Part shown: positions 36,467 to 48,340 of the stretch, one piece after another
Layout: each line of letters starts with the position of its first letter
Position numbering within the stretch: position 1 is the first letter of the stretch
Assembly: GCF_006345805.1 (NCBI RefSeq)
Contig: NC_043007.1
Span: 37,200,001-37,264,000 of the forward strand
Source of the DNA: Octopus sinensis
Lineage: Eukaryota
Length of the DNA stretch: 64,000 nucleotides
Direction: 5' to 3'
Notes under the pieces: generated by a model
What the model was told of the DNA's origin: nothing
What the model saw: the letters and a program-made list of their open reading frames with translations, nothing else
Database searches by the model: none
Position numbers and translations under genes: made by a program

Positions 36467-36835
36467 TGTAAGCGACCGTGCGGTGTATTAAAGGAGTCAT
36501 CCATTCGTCACCTCTCCTTTCGCACGGTTGTTCTTACATTTGGTGACCCCGACGTGATTTCGAACCACGCAGCCAGCCATACGTTTACACGGGCGTCTAC
36601 AAATTGGTGACCTAGTGCCAGCTTAATAACCAACTGCTTTCTAATTTCACCTCTTCGCTGTAGATATGTCTACCTTTATTATCGTCTCTTTTGTCTTCCA
36701 CAAAATGACTGGTGGAGGGCTATCTGTAGCGTACGCTTAGTGAAATTCTCGCTCTGTCTCTCTGTTATATATACATAAGTACGGGCGTAGCAGATAACAG
36801 CTAGCCTTCGGCCGCTTGGACCTTGTTGTGTCCAC
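36467..36835 (+). mobile_element. Second LTR-element fragment nested in the gag gene (72-bp LTR plus tRNA-Trp PBS)
   Basis: TGTAAG...CTTACA (36467-36538) is followed 2 nt later by TGGTGACCCCGACGTGAT, complementary to the 3' end of tRNA-Trp. The host gag frame is interrupted here and resumes at about 36840. Confidence 0.7.
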
Positions 36836-38061
36836 TACTCCACTGCCAAGAAAATCTTCGGACAAATTTTAATTGTCCGAAGGTTTGATATATTTGTATA
36901 AAATTTTCAGTGAAAAAAGCTCATTGTTTAACACAACAATGACGAAGACTTTATCACACATGCTGGTAGAGTAATCAGGGAATGCGAGAAGATTAAGCTG
37001 GATAAATTAACTTCAGATATGTTCAAATGCCTGATTTTCATACAGGGACTAACTGCCATAAAGGACGTAGAAGTCAGAACTAGAATTCTTGCAAAGCTGA
37101 AGCAAAACCAGGATGTAACTCTGCAAAAAGAATCTGAAGAAAGTAAAAGGATACTTTAATTAAGATACGACACAGGGGAAATTGAACGTAAAGATTGTTT
37201 TCAAGTAAACCAGTGCGGAATGGTCTGAATAGAGATAAAATGTTTTCTAAAAATACACGACAAACATCAGGATATAAACCCATGTTTTGCATGTGTTGGT
37301 ATGCACCCGAGGAAAAGTTGTCCATTTAAAAATGCGGAGTGTTTTCGTTGTGGAAATATAGGACAATTAAGACGCACTGTAGAAAGAAAATGCCAAAACA
37401 TCAGAATAAAGGGAAAAAATATTTTGTCATCGAAAAAAACAAAACATAGGTAATACAACGAACATCAAAATACGAGTGTAAAACTGAAGTTCGACTATTA
37501 TAAGCGAAAAAACGTGAAACATGTCGGTAAGCCGAAATTAATTAAATCTAAAAAGGTAGCACATAGTGTTACTGGTAAAAGATTATATTTTATCGGTGAA
37601 TGCATATGTAACGTAATATTTCGAGGTCAAACGAAAAAGGCTAAGATACATGTATTAAAACATTCACTTAATTTATTTGGTATAGAGTGGATACAACTAT
37701 TCAGTTTATGGGATATACCCATAAATGTTTTATGTAGAAATATAGTCGCCTCAGTCGAACGTTGAAATGCGGCTGAAGGACTGAAACAAAAAAATCGCAG
37801 TAAAACAACGTAGAACATATACATTTAAATCAAAACTAAATGCACCGTTCGCAAAAAAAATTCCCAAGATAAAAGGCGAACCTTGGAAAAAAGATTCGGG
37901 GAAAGTGAACCAAAGAAGTCGGAGGAACCCCATAGAATGGGTGAACGATACGTCCCAAATACCAACGCCACTACAAGTGATTGAACCCAGGCGTACAAGT
38001 GAGAGGAAAAGAAAACATACAGAGTTCTTGAAAATAGATGCCAAGAGAAAAATATATTAAA

Positions 38062-38448
38062 CTAGCAGTATCGCCCGGCGTTGCTCGGGTTTGTAAGGGA
38101 AATAACTATATAAGCATTTTTAGAGAGTTATAGCTAAAAAAATAGCAAAAAAATGCATTAAAAATGGAAAAAAAATGATGGTAAATTTTTTTTAAATCGT
38201 TGACTCATCGTAGACATTTTTAGAGAGTTGCTTCCCTTATATAATAGCGAAAAAATGCATTAAAATGGAAAAAAATTATGGTAATTTTTTTTTTAAATCG
38301 TAGACGCGCGCTAATACCCAGAAGGGCTCGATATGAATCATGACTATAAGATACCCGGTTTTGGTTAAACTGCACCGCAAAATGTAGGAGTAGTTAGGAA
38401 TCTAAATCGTAGGAGACAGACACACAACTTCACTTTTATATATAAAGA
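38062..38448 (-). mobile_element. Non-autonomous Helitron
   Basis: 5'-TC terminus, 3'-CTAG terminus, subterminal hairpin CCCGAGCAACGCCGGG (38074-38089), insertion between A and T, no TSD. Confidence 0.85.
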
Positions 38449-38789
38449 TTGTTCGAAATATAAAAAAAAACTCGGAAAAGGGATGTGGGATGAATAAAAA
38501 AAATCATTGCTGAATAAAATGATAGTTCTAAGAAAAACTTAAAAGGGGAGATGTTGTAGGGAATTAGTAATAATGGCACACCCCTCCCACGTGACGAGTA
38601 GAATGATACAGTCACTATAAGTAAGGTGACGTCGGGGAGTACGTATTAGACTGTGCTAAGAGTCGTGTCTTACAGATCTAATAGCGATACTGTGTATACC
38701 AAAGTGGGCTTTATAATAATCCAACATTATGAAGATTACAACAGTGCCGAATAGAGATAAAACAATTGCCAAGATTACCAACATATCTA

Positions 38790-40800
38790 TTCGCCAAAGA
38801 GTGCATCAACAAGTATGTCCCAAAATGCTGAGTCCCGATATATTCTGGGTGCCTTGATCATACGTCAGTAATCAACCACATCATCAAGGAGGCAAAAAGG
38901 AATAGCATACTTCTATTGTATATTTAGGACCTCATCAAAGCCCACCAAAGTGTGTCCCACAAGCTAATCTAAAGTGTATTGGAGTACTACTAAATACCAG
39001 AAGTTATACTCAAGCTCGTGATGTTGCACATGGATTCGCTGAAGATGAGGTTCACTGTAGGAATTTCATCACCAAAAGGCAAAGACTTGAGTGTTGTGGC
39101 AGAGTGAATAATGTCCATAGTTCTGTTTGTGGATGCTGTGAACCTACAATAAATGGTGGGAAGAATGCAGTCTAGAGGACCAGAAACAGATGACAATACA
39201 AGATATCTTCGGTGATGGAACAACAGTCATGAGATTTACTATCCAAGGAACATGGCGGATCTTGAGCTCATTTGAAAAGATAACCATATAGTCACGTATG
39301 AAATTCAGTCCAGGAAAATCTTGGAACCTAAGTATCATAAAACGAAAGTTGACCAATAATCTTTAGCGATCTGAGATTCCGACAATTTGGAGAAAAAAAG
39401 TGTGTCACTTCCAGTATGGCACCATAATCAGACTGCAGTGGTCATTCATTATAACTCTGGGAAATCCATTGGAGAGATTGCACAGTAAATTTCAGCAAAA
39501 TGGTTGCGTGTTCCCCCAAATTTCAACTCAGTTAACCTGTACAGCAAGACCTCTAAGTTCCACTCAGTGATGGAAGAATTCAAAGACTCTAAGGTAAGAG
39601 CAGTCGGTACATTACTATTATCTGGGGATGAGAGAGTCAAACACGCCAACAAGACTAGAAGTGGTGGCTGAAAGTGGAAATCCTAGGAAAGTGTGAAGGA
39701 AGCGGAAACATACTGGAAGCAACAGAAGCTTGTTGGAATAGTCTATCAATGTCGACTGGAACTTGACAACTACAACACCAAATAGTGAAAATATAACAAT
39801 GCCAGGGACAAGAGAGGGCTCATAATTCAGAGGATCCTAAATTCAACAGACGAAAATCACCGTGTAAAGTCAGTAGAGCTTTCCCGTCAAGGATAATAGA
39901 TACCGTAGGATCCGGCACTCGATCCACCACTATACTGGCGGGAACTCTGATGTACTGAAGTGAGAAAATTGTCCTCACTCCTACGCGTCGTTGCTAATAT
40001 TTTGTCAAACCAAATAACCCTTAAGGTCCAAGGCAAGCAGGAAGACCCATCCTGCAAGCGGTGTGGAGCAACTGTTTGTACCTTGAACCACGTTTTGACC
40101 AGATATTCTATGGCACTGGGAGAAGTCTGATACAAGTGGAGGGGCGATAAGGTTTTTAGAGAAATTTACACACGGGCAGACCTGTAGAGAATGAGGCCTC
40201 AATCATCACCATTCAAAGATATCAAACTCCTAAGGGAAAGTGATAAGGCTCCTAAAACAAAAGCTGGTTGGTGGGGACGTTTTCTATTTTGCATCATTCC
40301 TCAGACTGAGAGATTCAAGTGAATCTAAAGAGTAAGTTCATCTTTCCGGAAGGGGTGGCAGTAATAGCCCTTCGATAAACATGTTCCTGCTAACTGAGAA
40401 CATTAAAAACGATTGTCGTTACTGGGAGGATAGATCTCACCAACCGAAGAAAGTCAAATATCAAGACTCGTTAGATGAATCTCTTGTCGAATGATGGCAT
40501 GTAGCTTCATTCTCCATTGAAGTCGGCTGGTGCGATTTCCAGCAAGTTCGGCGCGCTATTTCCAGCAGAGGATCAGTTTGGAGCCTAAACACTTGCCAAA
40601 AGCCACCTAGGAGATAGCCATGACAGTTTGGACGAATTCAAAGGCGGGGTCTAGTTGAAATCGCAGGTGTAACCTTTCATGCGAGTGAATACTAATTCAT
40701 TCCTCGCTGATCCTCTCCGTCGAAGCGTACAGGCTGAAGGGTGACACGCTTGTGACCCTGAAGTACCTGCCAATGATAGTGAAGGATTTCCAACATCAAG
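38790..40800 (+). mobile_element. HERO/R2-group (RLE) non-LTR retrotransposon remnant
   Basis: GCLDHTSVINHIIKEAK...DLIKAHQSVSHKLI (RT), CKRCG...LNHVLT...ALGE..YKWR (CCHC region) and IEVG (RLE); many stops and frameshifts. Confidence 0.75.
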
Positions 40801-40937
40801 ATAGCTTTAGCAACCACCAGCAGAAGAGTTTGCAGTATCCTTAAGTAGCTCCTACAACTTCTGCGTAAGGCAAACCATGTTCTGAGATTTATTTCACTCA
40901 CATACATACGTACATACATACATACATACATACATGC

Positions 40938-41086
40938 CAGGGCCGCCCCTAGGGTTGCTGGCGCCCCGGGCAAGCTGAACTTCGGCGTGTACAAGCTGAC
41001 GGACGAGGAAGTTTCCATGTCTTTGTCACGTTCTGCTTGGCGCCCCGGGTGACTGCCTGAGTTGCCGGAACCTTGAGCCGGCCCTG
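40938..41086. mobile_element. GC-rich hAT-type MITE inserted in a (CATA)n tract
   Basis: CAGGGCCG...CGGCCCTG TIRs. 8-bp flanks ATACATGC/ATACATAC match at 7/8, a weak TSD because the site is repetitive. Confidence 0.7.
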
Positions 41087-42337
41087 ATACATACATACAT
41101 ACATACAAGCATGCATGCATACATACATATATACGTACATACATACATACATACATACATACATACATACATACATACATACATACATACATACATACAT
41201 ACAAACACACACACACACATACATGCACACAACGGGCTTCCATAAAGTTACTGTCAACGAAAAAGATACTTTATCTCACAGAACCCTGAAACTTTTTTCA
41301 TGAAATCATAGGTATCTTGTAATCTACTTTGAGAAGCGCTGGTGTAGAGATTTTTTCAGTTTAGAGACTAGTGAAGCTCCCAGTTGATTGCTTTCCGGAA
41401 AACGCCAAACGTGTATAAGCACAAAGAAATCTTCGTACATTCCACATTATGTCTTATATTCATTGTCTTAACACCGAAAGCTGAGACTTTGGACTCACTT
41501 GTTTCAAATTTCTGGTTAAGCACCTATTAATCCTATTCTATTAACAGATATTAACTGCTAGGTTAAAATACAGGACTTAACTAGTAATCATGAGGTCATA
41601 AGTCCAGGTTTTACTGCTATGTGTCGTGATACAGAAAAAGGGGCATAACTTTGCATGTTCTAACATCTCACAGGAGCCAAGGAAGCTTCTAAGTCAGTCA
41701 ATTTCTTTATTAACCATGAGGTTGAGAAAAAGAGAGGACGATACGAGGACAGACAAAACAAACATTGGGGTCAGGGTATCGAATGAGACGAAACGTATGA
41801 ATAAACGAACAACTAAATGAGAATGAGTGATTTACAAAAAATGAAGCGGAGGACGTGGTCGACCCCACAAACCACATACTCACACTGAAGACTTTGCTTT
41901 CTCCTTTTTTACAGTCTCGTTTAAACAGGTTCTTTCACTCGCAACATACTTGCTATAGACTTCCATCTTTTACGAAACACACTTTGCGACAAGCATTTCT
42001 TCTCCAGCCTTATTTTCCGTTTTATGTGGAAAACGAAAAAGTCGATTAGCTCGAGACTGGAGATGAACATGCTTGTTGCAATTCCACGGGCAAAGTGCTG
42101 CCCGCGTGCCTTCCTATATGGCACACCTAATGAAAAGTTACCTTGAATTTTTTTAGTAATGCCTCATGCAGCCTACTTCCCCAAAAAGGCTGCCCTTACC
42201 TATTTAAAGTATTCGATCGGACTGCTACAAATAGCAGTCAAATCTCCCTCAAATCAAATCTGCTAACATAAAAAGGAAAGGGCACATTAGACGACATGAC
42301 AACAAATTCTATATTGTTGGGAAAATACATAGACTAG

Positions 42338-42457
42338 GCGAAGGTAAAGAATACACACACCCGGTGGTTAGGGTTAGGATTAGGGTAAGGATTTAGGATT
42401 AGGGTTAGGGCTTTTGTTACGCCGAAAACGAGTGGTGTGCGTGTTCTTTACCTTCGC
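42338..42457. mobile_element. 120-bp MITE with internal (TTAGGG)n-like repeats
   Basis: About 23-bp TIR GCGAAGGTAAAGAATACACACAC / GTGTGCGTGTTCTTTACCTTCGC, with seven TTAGGG-like units at 42368-42410. Second copy at 43609-43699. Confidence 0.75.
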
Positions 42458-43527
42458 TGATCACGGATGGACTATCTGTGATAGAGGTCTGCAAGACCAC
42501 TGCAGCTGTGGGCTAAAAAAAAAAACAGCAGCAAAAGTCCACGAGGAAGATAGATGAAAAACAGTAGAAAAAAATTAAAATTATAATTCCAGAATACGAA
42601 GTCATCTTAAATGAGAGGTGTCAGCTGTCTCAGGTAATCATTTCCATAACGAAAAAAAAAAATGCAAGAGCATTTATGTGGTGACTGGACCTGCGAGAAA
42701 CAGCAGCCAAATTTCCTTCAGACCTCAATAGAGGAACAACATACTGGACATTGTTACCTGCGATGTTTCAAATGATGGGTATGGACGGATTAATGATGGA
42801 ATGCGTTTGATCAAAGGTATGTTTAGTCAAAGTTTGTCAATGGTTAAACCACATTAGAAAATATATACTGTGTGGTGAGAAGCTTGATTTTCAACCAAAT
42901 GGTCAGCGCTAGATTGACCATTAATCAAAATAAGCACGTGCTTAAGGGCATCAAGGGACAGGGTCACTACAGAAATGAAAATGGTTTACTACACGAAAGA
43001 AATCACTTTAATCTTGCTAAAATAACATTCGTAATGCCTTGTCTCTACTATATATAGAAGCAGAAGTTTTGCGTAAAATTCATTTTAACGATATCATTAA
43101 AGGTATAGGCGTAGGAGTGGCTTTGTGGTAAGTAGCTTGCTTACGAACCATATGGTTCCGGGTTCAGTTCCAGTGCATGACACCTTGGGCAAGTGTCTTC
43201 TACTATAGCCTCGGGCCGACCAAAGCCTTGTGAGTGGATTTGGTAGACGGAAACTGAAAGAAGCCCGGCGTATATATGTATGTGTTTGTGTGTCTGTGTT
43301 TGTTCCCCTAACATCGCTTGACAACCGATGCTGGTGTGTTTACGTCCCTGTAACTTAGTGGGTCGGCAAAATTGATCAATAGAATAAGTAATAGGCTTAC
43401 AAAGAATAAGTCCTGGGGTCGATTTGCTTGGCTAAAGGCAGTGCCCCAGCATGACCACAGTCAAATGACTGAAACAAGTAAAACAGTAAAAGAGAAGACT
43501 TTGCAATTAAAAAAAAAAGAAAGATTT

Positions 43528-43715
43528 CCTTTTGTACCCAACCCATAAAATTTTCTTTAAAAAACATTACACATGGTGGAAAATTGATTTCCTACCATGT
43601 CATATAATGCTGAAAGTAAAGAATATGTACTCCCGGTGTTTAGGGTTAGGGTTTTTGTTATGCCGAAAGCAGATGGTGTACGTATTCTTTACCTCCGCCC
43701 TAATAATAATAATTC

Positions 43716-43759
<44 letters not shown>

Positions 43760-44065
43760 GTAATAATAATGAGAAAGTCCAGAAAATTAAGAATTGCTAT
43801 TAAAAAAACTTCATTTCTGTATTATGTATATTCATGTCCCAAGGTTAGGCAAATTTCTAGAGTTAGGCAATTTAGGCCTTAACGTTAGGCTAATTGGGAC
43901 TTGAATATACATAATATAGAAATGAAGATTTTTTAAATAGAAATTCGCAATTTTTATGACTTTCTCTTCATCCTTATTATTATTATAAGACATGGCAGGG
44001 AAATCAATTTTCTACCATGTGCAATGTTTTCTAAAAAATTTTATGGGGTGGTGGGGTGCAAAAGG
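43528..44065. mobile_element. Foldback/MITE with long arms and a TTAGGC-containing centre, carrying a nested TTAGGG MITE
   Basis: Arms 43528-43601 plus 43770-43840 pair with 43895-44065. TTAGGC occurs at 43845, 43863, 43872 and 43885. Confidence 0.65.
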
Positions 44066-44453
44066 CAGTCTTTCTTTAAATAAAAAAGGGAAAACTTTTC
44101 AAATATAAAGAGAAAGTATACTGTAGGTGCAGTTACCTCCCTTGACAGCGGGTTTAAACAAGCTCGTGCTAAGATAGCCCAAGCAGTGAGATTCTGACAT
44201 GAGGCTTTGTGACTTCCTTTTTTGGCATCTAGATGTCGGAGAGCAAGCACATGGTCTAGTTGGCTCTCTTACAACACGCGGTGACTAGAAGACATGAGGT
44301 AACACACAGAAGAAGATCATGGCCTCCACGCATCAAACCCTTTCCATTTATCATTCAGCTTATATATATATGTGGTGAGGCTGACATTAAAGATATTTAA
44401 AGTTACAGCCTTGTTCTATGTATTTCTTTGTACCGTATTCCTATCAAATGATA

Positions 44454-44719
44454 TTACAGCCTTCTGAAGGAGTCAACCGTTAGATGACTCCACAACCCTG
44501 ATTCAAGCGCCATGTAAAATGGTGATCCAGATGCAGCACACAACACAATTCCTTCTAAAATGGTGAACCCCAGACGAATTTCTGACCAGTGAATACATAT
44601 TCCTTTTTCCCCTTCCCGATTTCGTCTACACAACCAGAGCACCATTCATCATATAGGAACATGCCACTGATCTCGCTCATCACCATATTGTCTTCTTCAT
44701 CAGAAAATTTTGGTGCCAT
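44454..44719 (-). pseudogene. Possible frameshifted MADF/Myb-SANT-like domain remnant
   Basis: MAPKFSDEEDNMVMSE...FLYDEW..VDE..K in one frame and W.EI...LWSHLTVDSFRRL in another, resembling the MADF pattern. Pattern recognition only. Confidence 0.3.
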
Positions 44720-45977
44720 TTTCAAGCGGAAAACTTGCACACCATTTTTTCCTCATGTTGTAACTGAACTTACAACTTGGACCTTCGAAGACACAGCTTC
44801 CCAGGAGAATTTTCTTCTTGCATAAAAAAAAGAAAAAAATTTTATCTGGAATTCACATGGGCAACATCTTTTCCCTATGTGCCAGGTATGAGTTTCTCTC
44901 TCTCAATCCTACCTGGATTATCCACGTGTTGGCCATTGTTTTGTTCTTCATCTGTTGGTATGTTAATGTCCTTGTAACTTAGCAGTTTGGCAAAAAAACA
45001 CAAAAAAACCCATTGAATAAGTATGAGGCTTTAAAAAAAATAAGTCCAAGGAAGTGCTCCAGCAAGGCCACAGTCAAATGACTGAAACAAAGAGTAAAAT
45101 AATACACACATGCATACCTATAAATAAAATAATTAAAGAATACAATATTTATAGATCCATTTTAGCCAATCTTACAAATAATCAGTTTGAATGAGGTAAT
45201 TATGTGATTATGCAAGACTGTACTCATCAAAGTGGTTGATATTTGCCATATCCTTCCCTTCTGTTTATTCTGACAAGTGTAGTCCTGAGCAATTTCCTAA
45301 TTACCAAATTTGCATGTGAAACCAATTGATAAGATTTGCTTAAATGGATCAATAAACTGTATTCTATAAAGACTGATATACCTATTGAGCAATATGCTGT
45401 GCTTGAGAAGATCCATTTAGGCAAGTGAAATCGTAGTCATGGCTAATGCCAGTGTCACATACCTGGCACCCATGCCGGTGCCGTGTAAAAAGCACCTTTC
45501 GACCTTTGGGCACACAGAGGCAGTGACAAGTGTCTGAGACTTTTGTCAATATACTGTGCTTGAGAAGACATGTCAAGCCAAGTGAGTTCATAGTCATGAC
45601 AGATGCTGGTGTGTCGTAACTGGCACCCATGATAGTGGTGCATAAAAAGTACCCACTACAGTCTTGGAGTGGTTGTTGGCATTAGAAACTGCATCCAGCT
45701 GTAGAAACCATGCCAAATGAGATTGAAACTTGGTGCAGCTCCAATCTATGCCAGCATGGAAAATGGACATTAAATGATGATGATGATGATGATACCTATT
45801 CTAGATACACTAAAATCACAAATGTACCTATACTATGAACATATTCAGAGACAAATAGTTACAACTAACAAATTACATATACTAACCAGCTATGAACTCT
45901 GAATGTCCTAGGTGCCCACACATGACTGTTGTTTGAACTACCACTTATAGTGAAATAACACAACTTAAACACCTTTA

Positions 45978-46201
45978 ACCCTTTCGCATTCAAACCGGCC
46001 ATATCTGGCCAAAATATTTAACCTATTTTATATTGAAACTGACCAGATCTCGCCTCTCACCTCAGCCCTACCATGTCATTCTAAAACTAAAAAATCACAT
46101 CACTGAAATCTCTAAACTACAAGATAATGCATGATTAATTCAAACCGTTTTGAATGTACAAACTTCACATTTGACAGAATAATCTGAACACTAAAGGGTT
46201 A
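45978..46201. mobile_element. piggyBac-type MITE family 2
   Basis: TTAA|CCCTTT...AAAGGG|TTAA. Copies at about 16307-16535 and 27568-27795. Confidence 0.75.
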
Positions 46202-46884
46202 ATAACTTATAACATGAAATTTAAATTACTAAATAACTAATATAACAATCCCAATAAAATTAACTTTTCTACTCACCACAAAACCTGTACTTCTACTTTA
46301 TCAAAACAGAATGGGCTCAAGTCTAATGTGGCGGAAGTGACAGAAATCCTCCGATGTGTAATTCAAGGCAACTTTTTTCTCACTGAACCCATATTCAGTT
46401 TCTGTAAACAACTATATAACTGCAAATACACTCCTTAGTTAATTCTATAATTCTCTCATACCTACCCATTTACTATATTATGTTTAACATTTTAGTTTAG
46501 CTTCTAGCTGTCAATCAAAATTATTTCTTCTTCATGTGAATATTATAAGGGACATTCCAAATACACTTAAATTTCTTAGTCAATCTTTTAGTACTAAAAT
46601 AGTTTTTAGTGTAATCATTTGTTTAATCAAATTTCTAGTATTTAAAAAAAAATTCCTTGTGTACTCCTTTCGTACTTATAACATACTAAATCTATGCCTC
46701 TATCAATCTAATAATCTCTTAAATAAGTTGCAAACTATAAACTTGAAACCATTCCATATTTACTCAATATATCATTTTGTATCAATATATCATTTTGTAT
46801 ATATCACAAGCCAAATAGACTTAACTTCCTTAAATCATTTAGACAGACAAAAAGGTAGGTAGGTAGATAGATATAATAAATATA

Positions 46885-47960
46885 CAGGACTTGGACAAAA
46901 TAATGGAAACCCTTTCAGCATCATCATCACCGTCATTTAACGTCCATTTTCCATGCTGGCATAACTATTTCTTTCTGTTGATTAAAAGACAAATTAAAAA
47001 CTGTTCTGGTCTGTATATATGTGTTCACATGTATTATGTATGATTTGTACTACCTGTCATGGCCTTCTGTTTCCCTTTTTTCTTTTGCAGGTACATGACC
47101 CATATAAAAGAGGGCGAATTCTTGGAATGTGGATGGTTGGTGCTTCATTCACTAAAACTGTTAAATTGTTTAATGTTTTGAGAGGTACAGTTTCTAAAAT
47201 CATGATAGCATTCCAAAATCAAGATAATGCCAGTTCGGGCAAGCATATAACTGAACAGAAGGCAAATCTCAGAGAGTTAGACTACAGAATAGGAAAGTGT
47301 AATGTGTTTAAAAACCATCAAACTATGGCTGCAAATGTGACAGGAAAGCTAATTAGTCTTGTGCCAACCAAAACCATTCATTATGAGCTCCATAAAGCAG
47401 GATGCTATGGAAGAACTGCAATTGTTAAACTTCTCTAGATCTCCATCAACATAAATAAGTGGTAAAAATGGTGTCTAGACTATCAGAAGTAGTTAATAGG
47501 TTGATGGAAAAATGTCATCTTCTCTGAGGAATCATTATTCACTCTTTGGGGGTTAATTTATGTCCAGAGACTAAAGTAGCCTTCAACTCTGACTTTTGGC
47601 CCTACTATGAAGCATGGAGGTGAATCTGTGATGAGTTGGGCAGCCAAATCATGGAATTCTTTTAGACCTTTAATTGCTCTACATGGCAGAGTTAATACCA
47701 AGCATTATCTGAATATTTGGGCTGATCATGTCCATCCTGTGATACAAACATTGTTGGTTATGCAACCTGCTAGGATGACATTGCAACAATTCACACAGCC
47801 AACGCTACTCAAAATTGGTGTGAAGAACACAAACATGTATTAGACTACTTGGATTGACCCTAACAATCACTGGATCTCAAGGTAAATGAAAATGTATGGT
47901 GCATTTGGAGTAGCAAATGAGGAGGCACTTGCCACTTCCATTCTCTCTGAAAGGGCTAAA
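46885..47960 (+). mobile_element. Tc1 (DD34E-type) transposon remnant
   Basis: Left TIR TA|CAGGACTTGGACAAAATAATGGAAAC. HTH region RGRILGM...TVSKIM, then NVIFSEES, MKHGGESVMSW and WP.QS.DL..NENVW across broken frames. Confidence 0.85.
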
Positions 47961-47974
47961 GCAGGTTTTGCTGA

Positions 47975-48340
47975 AAAAAGAGCTCAAAATTCCCTTAACA
48001 ACCATTCAGATCCTGTATGAGTGAATTCTATATGGCTAGTGTGATCACCAGATTTATCAGTTGTCAAGTGACTGGCTGTTTTCCTGAAGTTGGTGTTGCA
48101 GATCATTAGGTTGTTTGTACCACAGAACTCTAGTAGCTTTGTTCCCTCCTCCTTTCCGGGACTAATTCCATGGCCTCTATGTACAGCATGGAAAACAGTC
48201 AGGTGCTGCCCAATATGTCCACTGAAATCACCAGCCACAAAGATAAGGTCACTGTCATTTGTCTTTGTGGGAGCCCTTAAAGAATATCATAAAAACGATC
48301 CTTTTGTTCATTTGGTGGACCCTGTTGCTAGATATAGGCA
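47975..48340 (-). mobile_element. RTE LINE AP-endonuclease fragment
   Basis: AGDFSGHIG...EEGTKLLEFCGTNNLMICNTNFRK...SGDHTSHIEF. A homologous fragment lies at about 51640-52330(+). Confidence 0.8.

Larger units (their letters stand above)
35427..38743 (+). mobile_element. Degenerate, internally deleted Ty3/Gypsy LTR retrotransposon (Mag/K02A2.6-like)
   Basis: 5' LTR remnant at about 35427-35532. 3' LTR at 38552-38743 (TGTTGTA...TACAACA) shares about 65 bp with it. PBS remnant CGACGAGGAT (35537-46, tRNA-Ser(GCU)-like) and PPT AAAAGGGGAGA. Gag SITEFKYEPD...LLRKL-like and FKCLIFIQGL; Zn knuckles CFACVGMH...CFRCGNIG; protease C-terminus LNLFGIEWI. Confidence 0.85.

Noticed and set aside
40690-40800. 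Ribozyme-like element in the HERO-like 3' UTR
   Set aside because: Too degenerate; no intact CUGANGA/GAAA pair was found.
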